Shown: positions 1-9,097, counted from the stretch's first letter. The stretch: DNA of 64,000 nt from Acidimicrobiales bacterium (GCA_050744225.1 JBOGGT010000076.1:63503-127502); one strand, 5' to 3'. Notes: generated by a model not told the origin, from the letters alone. Made by a program: numbers and translations.

Positions 1-378
1 CTGCTGGTGAACATTGCCGGAGTCGTGTTCAACGAGCTGCGCCTGAACGGAGACCCGCCCTTCCGGCGCACAGCGCTCGCCCGCAACCGAGCCGACATGG
101 CCAGCTTCGGGGAACGCCTCTCAGCCGTGTCCAAGGCGATGGTGGCTCCCGACGTGGACCTGCATGCGCACCCAACTCCGGAGCACTGCTCGGCGTGCGA
201 CTTCAGGTCACCCTGTCTGGCGCTGAACGAGGGCTCCGACCCGAGAGCTATCCTTGCAAGTTCCTACCGGCATCGTCCCGAGGACGACTGGGTGGAGGGT
301 CGGCTCGGGTCGGCCGCCTGGTCGGCCAGCCGTGGTGCGGCGCCGCCGCGCTTTGAAGGAGGAAGGACCCAACCATGA
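1..378 (+). CDS. 3' end of a PD-(D/E)XK / Cas4-AddB-type nuclease (gene begins upstream of the window)
   Basis: The frame of ORF 7..378 is open from base 1. The C-terminal HCSACDFRSPC is a CX2CX5C triad like the Fe-S cysteines of RecB/Cas4/AddB-family nuclease domains. Confidence 0.4.
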   Translation: MLVNIAGVVFNELRLNGDPPFRRTALARNRADMASFGERLSAVSKAMVAPDVDLHAHPTPEHCSACDFRSPCLALNEGSDPRAILASSYRHRPEDDWVEGRLGSAAWSASRGAAPPRFEGGRTQP

Positions 379-412
379 ACACCAGCCCACGGTTCACCCA
401 AGGCCGCCACCG

Positions 413-727
413 ATGACCCTGGAGGAGATGTTCGCCGACCTGGTGGCGGCGCCCCCCGCGCCGGGCGTGTCGCTCTATGTGTCCCGCCGGGGCGACGAGT
501 ACCGCTGGCGACTCCTGGTCGAGGGCGAGGTGGCCACCGGGATGGCGCCGGGGGATGAGATGCCCGACGCGTGGCTGTACCACACGGGTGGCTGGCCCGA
601 GGGCGGCGATCCCGAGCGAGAGCGCGCCTTCTTCGACGACCTGATGCTGGAGATGGACTCGATGACCGGCGCCGGCGCCGACCGCTGCCGCTGGGACCCC
701 GAGGATCCCTACTACCACCGGCACTGA
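413..727 (+). CDS. hypothetical small acidic protein
   Basis: Internal ATG of ORF 254..727 (MTLEEMFADLV...). Protein-like composition, directly downstream of the nuclease fragment. No recognisable domain. Confidence 0.35.
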   Translation: MTLEEMFADLVAAPPAPGVSLYVSRRGDEYRWRLLVEGEVATGMAPGDEMPDAWLYHTGGWPEGGDPERERAFFDDLMLEMDSMTGAGADRCRWDPEDPYYHRH

Positions 728-779
728 CGACCCCACTTCTATTAACTTTTGTACCACCCGCCTCACCCGCCGTGTCCAC

Positions 780-2039
780 TCACGCTTCCCTGCTCCCGTC
801 CGGGACCGGTGCGGCCCGCTCGCCTGGGCCGGGCTGGGATCCCGCCTCGATCATCCCCTGCAACTCCCGGGCCGAGCGGAAGCGGCGCTGCCGCCCGTCT
901 GGTTCGAGGCGAAGCGACAGGTAGGCGAGCGCGCCGGTCGGGATCGGCAGCCAGTAGTTGACCAGGCGGTAGGCGATGACGGCCAGGATGGCGATGGCCC
1001 TGGGGGTGCCAAAGCCGACCAGGGAGGGGATGAGGACGCCCTCCACGACCCCTAGACCGCCCGGGGTGATCGGTATGGCGGCCAGCACGTTGGCCAACCC
1101 GTAGGCCACGAAGAGCGAGTCCAGGCCGAGCAGGTGATGGAACGCCAGCAACATGACCCAAAGCGACCCCGCGTCCAGGACCCAGTTGGCGCTGGCCCAG
1201 CCCACCGCCCTCAGGAGGAGTCGCCGGTCGCTGAACAGCTCCGAGACGCGTGAGGCGACCCTGGCGAACAGGGCGGTGACCGCCTGCTCCCTGATCCAGG
1301 GTAGGTGTCGAGCCAGTGTTCCGAGGATCCGCGCCGAGCGATCAGCACCGCGGGTGAGGGCGGCGACCAGGGCACCAAAGGCCGCGAACAACCCCACTCC
1401 GACGGCTGCGGCGATGACGTACAGCACGTTGTGCAGGCCATCCAGGGCGATCGACGCCACCAGGGCCAGCCACAGGATCACGTTCAGCACCACCGCGGAG
1501 CCGATCCCCTGGGTGGCCACCGCGAAGCCCGCATCCGTGCCGCTCGCTCCTGCCTTTGTGAGCAGCCTGAAGGCCAGGCCGGTCCCCCCCGCCGTGCCCC
1601 CTGGTACCACGTGGCTCACCGCAATCCCGGCGAGGTCGATCCGGAACAGCCGGCTCAGCGACACCGAGCCGCGGGGGAGGACCACCCTGGTGAGTGCGGC
1701 GTAGGAGAATAGAGAACCGACCTCGAGCGCCACCGCCAGGGCCACGTAGCTCACGTTCACCTGGCCCAGCAGTCGCAGGTCCTTGTGGACCCCGGCCAGC
1801 TGGGGAAGGACCAGGTACTCGATCACCAGGGCAATCAAAAATGCCATGATCGCTCGCCGGAGCGACCTCTTTAGCAGGTGCCAGTGCGCCAGCCGGCGGT
1901 CAAGGCGCCACCAAGGGGCGCTGACCCGATCCTGAGCTGTCCCCGCCTCCTTCGAATCCAGGCCGATCTGGGCGCCATCAGTTCCCACCGTGAACATCGT
2001 ATGCTCATCCGTCGTGCGCCCCCTCGTAGTGCTGCCCAC
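780..2039 (-). CDS. flippase-like / lysylphosphatidylglycerol-synthase-TM-domain (UPF0104) membrane protein
   Basis: 419-aa ORF with multiple hydrophobic spans and the typical ...AIPITPGGLGVVEG... motif. The start is uncertain: it overlaps the ppm1 5' end, and an alternative ATG lies at 1997. Confidence 0.65.
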   Translation of the reverse strand: MGSTTRGRTTDEHTMFTVGTDGAQIGLDSKEAGTAQDRVSAPWWRLDRRLAHWHLLKRSLRRAIMAFLIALVIEYLVLPQLAGVHKDLRLLGQVNVSYVALAVALEVGSLFSYAALTRVVLPRGSVSLSRLFRIDLAGIAVSHVVPGGTAGGTGLAFRLLTKAGASGTDAGFAVATQGIGSAVVLNVILWLALVASIALDGLHNVLYVIAAAVGVGLFAAFGALVAALTRGADRSARILGTLARHLPWIREQAVTALFARVASRVSELFSDRRLLLRAVGWASANWVLDAGSLWVMLLAFHHLLGLDSLFVAYGLANVLAAIPITPGGLGVVEGVLIPSLVGFGTPRAIAILAVIAYRLVNYWLPIPTGALAYLSLRLEPDGRQRRFRSARELQGMIEAGSQPGPGERAAPVPDGSREA

Positions 2040-2898
2040 CTACGACGAGGCTGCCAATATTGCCACCGTCCTCAAAGCGGTTCGCGGGGCCGTACCGGAG
2101 GCGCACATCCTGGTGGTGGACGACGCGAGCCCCGACGGGACAGCAGACCTGGCCAGCGCCTCGGCCGAGGCCCTCGGCCAGATCCACCTGCTCAGCCGTC
2201 CCGCCAAGTCGGGCCTGGGGAGTGCGTACCGGGATGGCTTCGCCTGGGGGCTGAGGGCCGGCTTTGACGCGTTGGTCGAGATGGACGCCGACCTGTCCCA
2301 CGACCCGGCCGCGTTGGGCTCTCTACTGGCGGCCCTGACCGGCGGGGTAGAGCTGGTGGTCGGATCCAGGTACGTGCCGGGCGGGTCCATACCCGCCTGG
2401 TCGTTCCGACGCCGGGCCTTGTCCCGTGCCGGCAACGTGTATTCGGGTGTCATGCTGGGCCTGCCGATCCGGGATCTCACCTCGGGATACCGGGTTTACA
2501 GCGCTTCCCTGCTGCGGCGCCTGGACCTCGGTAGGGTCCGGGCTGAGGGCTATGGCTTCCAGATCGAGATGGTTCGCGCCGCGGTGGCGGCTGGGGCAGC
2601 TGTGGTGGAGGTTCCGATCACCTTCGTGGACCGTACTCTCGGGCGGTCCAAGATGTCGGCCCGAACCGTGGTCGAAGCATTGGCCCTGGTCACCTGGTGG
2701 GGTATCGCCCGCCCGTTCCGCCTCCTGGGCCCCGGCTCAACCTCCGGGACCCAGGCCCCCGCCGATGGTGTGGTCCAGGCCCCCGCCGATGGCGTGGTCC
2801 CGGAGGCCCCCGCCGATGGCGTGGTCCCGGAGGGGCCCGACCTCCCAGCCGGCGTCGGCGAAGTACTCGGCGAGCATAGGGAGCGCTCCGAGGGCTGA
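1990..2898 (+). CDS. ppm1: polyprenol-phosphate mannosyltransferase (GT2, Ppm1/Dpm1-like)
   Basis: VVLPTYDEAANI...VVDDASPDGT...EMDADLSHDP motifs of GT2 dolichol/polyprenol-P-mannose synthases. An alternative GTG start lies at 2014. The C-terminal tail is made of the (APADGVV) repeat. Confidence 0.8.
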   Translation: MNIVCSSVVRPLVVLPTYDEAANIATVLKAVRGAVPEAHILVVDDASPDGTADLASASAEALGQIHLLSRPAKSGLGSAYRDGFAWGLRAGFDALVEMDADLSHDPAALGSLLAALTGGVELVVGSRYVPGGSIPAWSFRRRALSRAGNVYSGVMLGLPIRDLTSGYRVYSASLLRRLDLGRVRAEGYGFQIEMVRAAVAAGAAVVEVPITFVDRTLGRSKMSARTVVEALALVTWWGIARPFRLLGPGSTSGTQAPADGVVQAPADGVVPEAPADGVVPEGPDLPAGVGEVLGEHRERSEG

Positions 2899-3540
2899 GC
2901 GCCAGGCCCCGGCGTCTGAGGCGTAGTCCGTGTCGTGCAGCAAGACGGTACCGCCACCGCACATGTCTGCCCGGATGTCGGCGACCACCGATGCCGGCGT
3001 GGCGCACGCCCGCCAGTCCCGCCCCCAGGCGCTCCACAGGACCAGCTCCAGCTCCAGCCTCCTCGCCGCCAGCAGCCCGGCACCTGAGATCACCCCGTAG
3101 GGCGGCCGGTGCCAGCGGGGGAATGCTCCCGTCGCACCTGCGACGACATCGAGCCCCCGGGCCAGGTCGCCGACAACGGCCCTTGGGGTGCGGGCAAGCT
3201 GGTTGCGGTGGGCGTAGCCGTGCAGGCCTACCTCGTGTCCCGCCGCGGCGACTTCTGCCGCCAGGCTGGCGTGGCGCTCGGCCATGGATCCGAGCATGAA
3301 GAACGTTGCCTTCCAGCCGAGGCGATCAAGCGCCGACAAGAACGCGGGCGTGGAGGCGGGGTCCGGACCGTCGTCGAAGGTGAGCGCCACGTGGGTGTTC
3401 CTGCCGATGCCGTGCAACCTCGGGATCAAGCATCGACGGATCGTGCTCACCCAGGCGATTGCGGGTCCGACGTGGGCGAGCGCTGCGGTTCCCCCGGCGG
3501 CCGCGGCCACCAGGCCAGGAGACAATCGGTGCCCACTCAC
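2737..3540 (-). CDS. polysaccharide deacetylase (NodB-type)
   Basis: HVALTFDDGPDP...TFFMLG...GHEVGLHGYAH motifs. Its 3' end overlaps ppm1 by 162 nt. Confidence 0.8.
   Translation of the reverse strand: MSGHRLSPGLVAAAAGGTAALAHVGPAIAWVSTIRRCLIPRLHGIGRNTHVALTFDDGPDPASTPAFLSALDRLGWKATFFMLGSMAERHASLAAEVAAAGHEVGLHGYAHRNQLARTPRAVVGDLARGLDVVAGATGAFPRWHRPPYGVISGAGLLAARRLELELVLWSAWGRDWRACATPASVVADIRADMCGGGTVLLHDTDYASDAGAWRSALGALPMLAEYFADAGWEVGPLRDHAIGGGLRDHAIGGGLDHTIGGGLGPGG
2755..2832. repeat. tandem repeat of 24/27/27 nt (gcccccgccgatggYgtggtcc(cgg)ag)
   Basis: Read directly from the sequence. It encodes APADGVV(PE) on the + strand (ppm1 tail) and LRDHAIGGG on the - strand (deacetylase tail). Confidence 0.95.
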
Positions 3541-3553
3541 GTCTGGTGTCTCC

Positions 3554-5311
3554 TCAAGAAGCGGCGGTCACATCGGAGCTGGTCGGAATGCCCGAGCGAC
3601 TCAACTGGAGGTGCAATGAGCGCAACTGAGCCTCCAGGGCCGTCGCGCTCTCGTGGTGCGCGTCGAGAAGGTAGACGTGGCCGGGACGAAGCTCAGGCCA
3701 AGACGAACCCATTGCGAGGTTGGTCGAGCGCAGGATCCGTTCGTGGCTTGCCGAAGCAAAGATGAGGGAGGAATCGTTGACCCACTTGCCGGGTATGTAC
3801 AGGTTGCAGGGTTCCCCGGTGTCCCTGGAGATCAGCTTTGCTGTGTTGGTGACATTGTCGTCGACAGAGAGTAGCGCCAGGCCTCCCGGCGGCGTGTTGC
3901 CCCCATTGGCCACGGTCACCCCGGCGTCGGCCATGTCCCGCACCTCTGTCGGATATTTTGCGGCCAGGCTGCCGTCGATGACAGCCCCCAGGTGGTACTC
4001 GGCCAGGATCCCCGGGACGTCGGAATCGGCCATCGCGCTGGCGTCGAGCCGCACGAATGCGTAGACCGCGGTGCTGTTCGCAGGGGGATGGGCTGCGTCC
4101 AGGCCGGCCGCGTTGGCCGCATCACCCGCCATGTTCAATCCGGTGAAGACCGCGGCGGCAGCCATACCCGTCAGGGCCAGGCGCCGAGCCATTGGGTGGG
4201 GGATGGGGCTCGGGATCGGGTCACTGGCGAAAGCTACCTCCGCGACATCGCTGGCGGCGTCCCCGCAGAACATTGCCTGTCCGAGCTGTGCGAACTGCCC
4301 CGTGCCGTCGGCGGCTCGATCCAGGGCGGCCGCGAGACCCCCGACGTCGGTGGCAAAGACTGCGACCCCCGCGCGGTCCATCTCGATGGCGTTCTGGCGA
4401 CCGTGGCCTGGGATGGGCCGGTACGTCACGACCGGAAGCCCGGCGGCAAAGGCTTCCATGCAGGTGAGGCCTCCGGCGTTTTGCAACAGGACGTCCGAGG
4501 CCGCCATGAGAGTGGCCATGGCGTTGGTCCAGCCGAGCACCATGCCGGTCCCCCGCGCCTCCAGCCGTTCGCGCAGCTTGGCATTTTGCCCGCACACCAC
4601 GAGTGGGAACCAGCCCTCGCACGCCGCCAGGGCATCAAGGGTCTCCTCCAGCTCGCCCACGCCCCAGGATCCGGCCACCACCAGGACCACCCGCGCCTCG
4701 GCGCGCAGGCCCAGCTCGCCTCTCGCATCGGCTCGTTGGGGCAGGGAGGCTCTGAAGGCCTCGGCCACCATGGGACCAGGAGAGGCAGATGGCCTGCCCG
4801 TGGCCGCCTCGGCCGCGCTGGCGGAAAAGGGGTGCACGCACAGGTTCAGGTCGATGCCCCGGTGTACCCAGAGGGGGTGGACCGCAAAGTCTGTGACGAA
4901 AGTGATGGCCGGCACCGCCAGCCTTCTCCATCGCCGGGTTCGGAGCCTGCCGAGCACCACCGAGGCCAGCGGGTAAGTCGACACCACGGTGCTGGCGCCC
5001 AGCTCGGCCGCCCAGCGCATGAGCCTGCGCCCAAAGATCGCTCCCATGAGGAGCGCCAGCGGAGCGCACAGCACCGCTCCGACGAACCACACCCGGTAGG
5101 TCGCCTCGTAGGCCCAAGGGGCATGGTTGAGCTGGAACTCGAAGACCGCCTTGATAATCCGACCGATGCGCGGCGAGGCGTCGAGGAAGTCCACCGTCGC
5201 GCAGCGCACCCCCTTGGCTTCCAGACGCTTGGTCAGCTCGCGCGCCGCTCCGTCGTGGCCGGCACCCATGCTCGCCGATACCACCAGGACACTCGTAGTC
5301 ACAGCGGACAA
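3554..5311 (-). CDS. MGDG-synthase/GT28-like glycosyltransferase with a TM segment and an extra C-terminal domain
   Basis: The N-terminus VLVVSASMGAGHDGAARELTKRL is typical of diacylglycerol glycosyltransferases. It is followed by a GT-B C-terminal half, a hydrophobic segment and an uncharacterised ~190-aa domain. Confidence 0.7.
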   Translation of the reverse strand: MSAVTTSVLVVSASMGAGHDGAARELTKRLEAKGVRCATVDFLDASPRIGRIIKAVFEFQLNHAPWAYEATYRVWFVGAVLCAPLALLMGAIFGRRLMRWAAELGASTVVSTYPLASVVLGRLRTRRWRRLAVPAITFVTDFAVHPLWVHRGIDLNLCVHPFSASAAEAATGRPSASPGPMVAEAFRASLPQRADARGELGLRAEARVVLVVAGSWGVGELEETLDALAACEGWFPLVVCGQNAKLRERLEARGTGMVLGWTNAMATLMAASDVLLQNAGGLTCMEAFAAGLPVVTYRPIPGHGRQNAIEMDRAGVAVFATDVGGLAAALDRAADGTGQFAQLGQAMFCGDAASDVAEVAFASDPIPSPIPHPMARRLALTGMAAAAVFTGLNMAGDAANAAGLDAAHPPANSTAVYAFVRLDASAMADSDVPGILAEYHLGAVIDGSLAAKYPTEVRDMADAGVTVANGGNTPPGGLALLSVDDNVTNTAKLISRDTGEPCNLYIPGKWVNDSSLIFASASHERILRSTNLAMGSSWPELRPGHVYLLDAHHESATALEAQLRSLHLQLSRSGIPTSSDVTAAS

Positions 5312-5445
5312 CCTATCGTGTTTGAGCGATGGATATGGGGACGCTGATAATACCCGTGGGCCACCACGCCGTGATCAGACCACTCTGCGCATCCTATGGG
5401 GGAGTCCGCCTCCACTGCGCGCTCCGGCCCCACCATCGGGGACCG

Positions 5446-6354
5446 GTGCTAGAGGCTTTGGTGGTGGCAACATCGCTCGCGGCGGCCTTTTTGTTCGCGG
5501 TGGCGTCGGTACTCCAGCACCGCAGCGCGGCCCAGGAGCCCGCCGAGCACTCGATGCGCATTTCCCTGATCACCCGGCTCATTCGCCAGCCCGCCTGGCT
5601 TGTGGGCATGGCGGCAGACGTTGGTGCCTACGTACTGCAGTTCGTGGCCCTGGGCCATGGGTCTCTGATCCTGGTGCAGCCCCTCCTGGTGGCGGGTCTC
5701 CTGTTCGCCCTGCCGATGTCTGCCGCCCTGTTCCGTCGTCGGCTGGCGGTGGCCGAGTGGGTTGGCGCAGCCGGGACGGTGGCCGGCTTGGCGGTCTTCC
5801 TGGTGGCGGCGTATCCGGGGCCGGGCCATCCCGAGGCCAGCCTGTTGAGCTGGGTGGAGATCCTGGTGGCTATCCTGGTGCCCTCGACGGTGTTGGTGGT
5901 CTTCGCGGGTCCGTCGCCGAGCACCCGTAGGGCGGTCATGCTGGGCTCGGCCACTGGCCTGGTGTTCGGCCTGACCGCCGCGCTCACCAAGGCGGTGGCC
6001 CACCTCCTCTCCCTGGGGATCGTGCACCTTCTCCTCGGCTGGCAGACCTATGTCCTGGTGGTGGTCGGGATCGCCAGCATGGTGGTGGCCCAGAGCGCAT
6101 TCCAGGCGGGGCCGTTGCGCGCCTCGCTCCCGATCCTCACCGTCTTGGACCCGGTGGTGAGCATCGTTATAGGTGCCCTGGCCTTCGGTGAGGCACTGGG
6201 GTCCGGCCCGGCGCGACGGGCCGGGGAGGTGCTGGGTCTGGTGCTCCTGACGCTGAGCGTGGCCCTCCTCACCCGGTCGGGGCCAATCGGTCCGGAGTGG
6301 GTGCCCGGCGGGCAGCACCGAGAGCAGGTGGAGCCCGGGGACGCAACTGCCTAG
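5446..6354 (+). CDS. polytopic membrane protein (DMT/NIPA-like)
   Basis: ORF 5329..6354 has about 9 hydrophobic spans. The GTG at 5446 is preferred because it leaves room for divergent promoters; the start is uncertain. Confidence 0.55.
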   Translation: MLEALVVATSLAAAFLFAVASVLQHRSAAQEPAEHSMRISLITRLIRQPAWLVGMAADVGAYVLQFVALGHGSLILVQPLLVAGLLFALPMSAALFRRRLAVAEWVGAAGTVAGLAVFLVAAYPGPGHPEASLLSWVEILVAILVPSTVLVVFAGPSPSTRRAVMLGSATGLVFGLTAALTKAVAHLLSLGIVHLLLGWQTYVLVVVGIASMVVAQSAFQAGPLRASLPILTVLDPVVSIVIGALAFGEALGSGPARRAGEVLGLVLLTLSVALLTRSGPIGPEWVPGGQHREQVEPGDATA

Positions 6355-6476
6355 ACTTGAGTGGGCACTGATGGGGCCGCGGAAAGTCCTAATTTCAGGT
6401 AGAATGTCCCACAATTCATGGGACTGTGAGGGCAGGGCCGGGGATTTGGTGCTCCCGGTCCGTGCCGGAGGAGAAT

Positions 6477-6761
6477 GTGGACTCTACTCATCCAGGTTGG
6501 GACAGCGGACAGTGGCGGGGCGGAGCCGCATGTCGGGAGGTGGAGCCTTCGCTGTTCTTCCCGGTCGGCGTCACCGGCCCGGCGGAGGTACAGATCATTG
6601 CCGCCAAGGCGGTGTGCGGGCGTTGCAAAGTCCGGGAGGTCTGCTTGGAGTTCGCTCTCCAGACCAATCAGGAGTACGGGGTGTGGGGCGGGATGGACGA
6701 GGACGAGCGCCGGGCGGTCCGGCGAGCCAGGCGAGCGGCCCGGCTGCGCGCCGCTTCCTAG
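6477..6761 (+). CDS. whiB: WhiB-family transcriptional regulator
   Basis: The four Cys (C-X22-CGRC-X5-C layout, ACRE...CGRCKVREVC) and the GVWGG turn are present, with a basic tail. The GTG at 6477 is preceded by GGAGGAG. Confidence 0.85.
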   Translation: MDSTHPGWDSGQWRGGAACREVEPSLFFPVGVTGPAEVQIIAAKAVCGRCKVREVCLEFALQTNQEYGVWGGMDEDERRAVRRARRAARLRAAS

Positions 6762-6765
6762 GACC

Positions 6766-8070
6766 TCACGGCCGCACCACCGCGGCCAGTAGTGCTTGCA
6801 GCTTGAGCTGGGTCTCTACCAGCTCTTCGCGCGGGTCCGAGCCGGTGACCAGGCCGACTCCCGCGACGAGTCGGGCCGTGCGGCCCCTCAGGGTGGCCGA
6901 ACGGATCCCCACCACCCAGTCGCCGTCGCCGCGGCTGTCCACCCATCCGACAGGGCCGGCGTAGTTTCCCCTGTCCATGCCTTCCACCTCGGCGATGAGG
7001 TCCAGGGCGGCCTGGGTGGGAGAGCCCGCGACCGCCGGTGTCGGGTGCAGTCGGGCGGCCAGCTCCAGCGCACTCGGCAGGTGGTCCACCTGGTTTAGGG
7101 TGCCCTCGACCAGGGTGGCCAGGTGCGAGACGTTGCGCAGCAGGACTATCGACGGCGCTGCCGGGACACCCAGGCGGGTACAGATCGGCCCCAGTGCCTC
7201 GACGACTGCCTCGACGGCCAGGCGGTGCTCGTTCCGCTGCTTGGGCGACGCCATGAGTCCGGCGATGAGGGCATCGTCGGTCTCGGGGTCGCCGCTGCGC
7301 GCAACTGTGCCGGCGTGGGGGTGCGAGCGGATCGTCCGGCCTCGCCGGCTGATCAGCAACTCGGGGCTCGCCCCCACGAATCCCCCTACCGAGAACACCG
7401 TGCAGGAGGGGTACAGGGCCCGAAGCCTCCCGAGTACGTCGCTCGGATGGAAGTCCCGGTTGCCTTCCACCAGGACCTCGCGAGCCAGAACCACCTTTTC
7501 CAGGCGACCAGCGGTGACCGCGGAGACCGCTTGTGCAACCCGCTCGCACCACTCGTCGTGGGGGCACGGCGAGCTGAGGGTGAACCGGTCCGGCGGCCAA
7601 TGCGTCGTGGCCTCCGACCCAGCCTCCGACCCAGCCTCCGACCCTGCCCCCGACCCAGCCCCCGACCCTGCCCCCGACCCTGCCCCCGACTCCGACCCTG
7701 CCCCCCGAGGGCGGACGGTGGTGCGCCAGGCGGTGCCGCTCTCGTCTATCCCGACGGTGACTGCGGGCACCACCAGCCTGCCCTGCGCCCTCGGATCGAA
7801 TGGTAGGGCGCCGATCGCGATGGGTCCGGTCCCAGGTAGGCCCACCTCGTCATTGCAGCGGATCTGGCGTAGGACTGCCACCGGGTCGGCCGCACGCGGG
7901 TAGTCCAGCACCATGGCTTCGCCCAGGCAGGCGAGGCCTACCCCGTCCCTCTCGAACAGGATCCCGGCATCCCCAGCCATCTCCAGCAGGTCCAGCTCGT
8001 CCCCGCCGCCCCGGAGCCGGGCCTTGTCCCCCAGCTTGGTGGTCTTAGCCACCAGGTCGGCAGGGTTCAT
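6766..8070 (-). CDS. menF: isochorismate synthase
   Basis: Chorismate-binding C-terminus (LHPTPAVAG...RGNYAGPVGW...VGIRSA...AGVGLV..SDP..E..ET..K). It contains a (GAGS/EAGS) repeat insertion. Confidence 0.85.
   Translation of the reverse strand: MNPADLVAKTTKLGDKARLRGGGDELDLLEMAGDAGILFERDGVGLACLGEAMVLDYPRAADPVAVLRQIRCNDEVGLPGTGPIAIGALPFDPRAQGRLVVPAVTVGIDESGTAWRTTVRPRGAGSESGAGSGAGSGAGSGAGSEAGSEAGSEATTHWPPDRFTLSSPCPHDEWCERVAQAVSAVTAGRLEKVVLAREVLVEGNRDFHPSDVLGRLRALYPSCTVFSVGGFVGASPELLISRRGRTIRSHPHAGTVARSGDPETDDALIAGLMASPKQRNEHRLAVEAVVEALGPICTRLGVPAAPSIVLLRNVSHLATLVEGTLNQVDHLPSALELAARLHPTPAVAGSPTQAALDLIAEVEGMDRGNYAGPVGWVDSRGDGDWVVGIRSATLRGRTARLVAGVGLVTGSDPREELVETQLKLQALLAAVVRP
7611..7706. repeat. 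12-nt tandem repeat, about 8 units (ccYccgacccWg)
   Basis: Read directly. It encodes GAGSGAGSGAGSGAGSEAGSEAGSEA inside MenF. Confidence 0.95.
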
Positions 8071-8846
8071 TGCCGTGTGCCCACGAGCAACTGGGCAACC
8101 CCGCCGCTGAGAGCGAAGCGCTCGGGTTTGGCCCAGCCGGCCTCCCTGAGCATCTCCAGTAACTGGCCCGGCTCGGGCAAGTAAGCCACCGAGCGCGGTA
8201 GGTAACGGTACGCGTTCCCGTCCGACAGCAGTGCCCCGATCCAGGGCACGACGTGGCCGAAGTAGGCCCGGTGGCCGAATCGCAGGAGCGCACTTTTCGG
8301 CTCGGCGACCTCCAGCAGGGCGATCCGACCACCTGGGCGCACCACCCGAGCCAGCTCGGTGAACAGCACGGGCAGGTCAGCCACGTTGCGCAGGGCAAAT
8401 CCGGACACCGCCCCGTCCAGGCAAGCGTCGGGGAGGGGAAGCGCCAGCCCGTCGCCCTGCAGGAGCGGAGCACAGGTGCGTGCGTGGGCGAGCATCCCCC
8501 AAGAGAGGTCCAACCCGATCGGACGGGCACCACCGGCACGGAGCTCGCGGCACAGGTCGCCCGTTCCGCAAGCCACGTCCAGGACCCTCGCTCCGGTCCT
8601 GAGCCCGAGCGAGCGCACAGTCCGTCGCCGCCAACCCCGGTCCAAGGAGAAGGTCATGATCCGGTTGACCAGGTCGTAGCGCGGAGCGATCGAGTCGAAC
8701 ATGGACCGGACCACCGCCACCTTCTCCTGGCCCTGGGGGAGGGGCCGGGCGTCGTCGTACGCTGGTGACAGGTCGTACGCCGGTGGCAGCGTTGCGGATC
8801 GCCGGTTCGCCTGCCCGCCTGAAGACCCGCTGGCGTGCTGGTCCAT
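8067..8846 (-). CDS. menG: demethylmenaquinone / ubiquinone-menaquinone methyltransferase
   Basis: MFDSIAPRYDLVNRIMTF and the SAM motif VLDVACGTGD. The ATG at 8846 was chosen because a longer start would run antisense through the riboswitch. ATGA overlap with menF. Confidence 0.85.
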   Translation of the reverse strand: MDQHASGSSGGQANRRSATLPPAYDLSPAYDDARPLPQGQEKVAVVRSMFDSIAPRYDLVNRIMTFSLDRGWRRRTVRSLGLRTGARVLDVACGTGDLCRELRAGGARPIGLDLSWGMLAHARTCAPLLQGDGLALPLPDACLDGAVSGFALRNVADLPVLFTELARVVRPGGRIALLEVAEPKSALLRFGHRAYFGHVVPWIGALLSDGNAYRYLPRSVAYLPEPGQLLEMLREAGWAKPERFALSGGVAQLLVGTRQ

Positions 8847-8867
8847 CTGTCCAACTCTACCCCGGCA

Positions 8868-9097
8868 CCTGGTGAACCTGCGGGCTAAGCTCGGCCTGGT
8901 CGACACAAATGGGAGTGGGACCAGGAAGCCGGTGTGATTCCGGCACGGTGCCGCCACTGTGTCCGGGGAGTGAGCCTCCGATTGTGCCACGGTCTGCGAG
9001 GGCCGCAAGGCGGGGGGGAGCGTAGATCCGGGAGTCAGGATACTGACCGCTCCCTCCGCTACGACGGGGCGTTAGCACCCCGGAGGGAGGCAACACC
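8868..9097 (+). promoter_or_regulatory. cobalamin (B12) riboswitch with an SD-sequestering expression platform
   Basis: The core AGGAAGCCGGTGTGATTCCGGCACGGTGCCGCCACTGTG carries the B12 box GCCACTG. The downstream GCCACGG...GGGCCGCAAGGCGGG matches the conserved 3' half. CTCCCTCCG (9050-9058) can pair with CGGAGGGAG (9081-9089), which is the SD of the TTG start at 9098. Confidence 0.8.

Noticed and set aside
3992-5347. 451-aa plus-strand ORF overlapping the glycosyltransferase gene
   Set aside because: It is antisense to a gene with a clear MGDG-synthase-like N-terminus, and its translation has no domain-like features.
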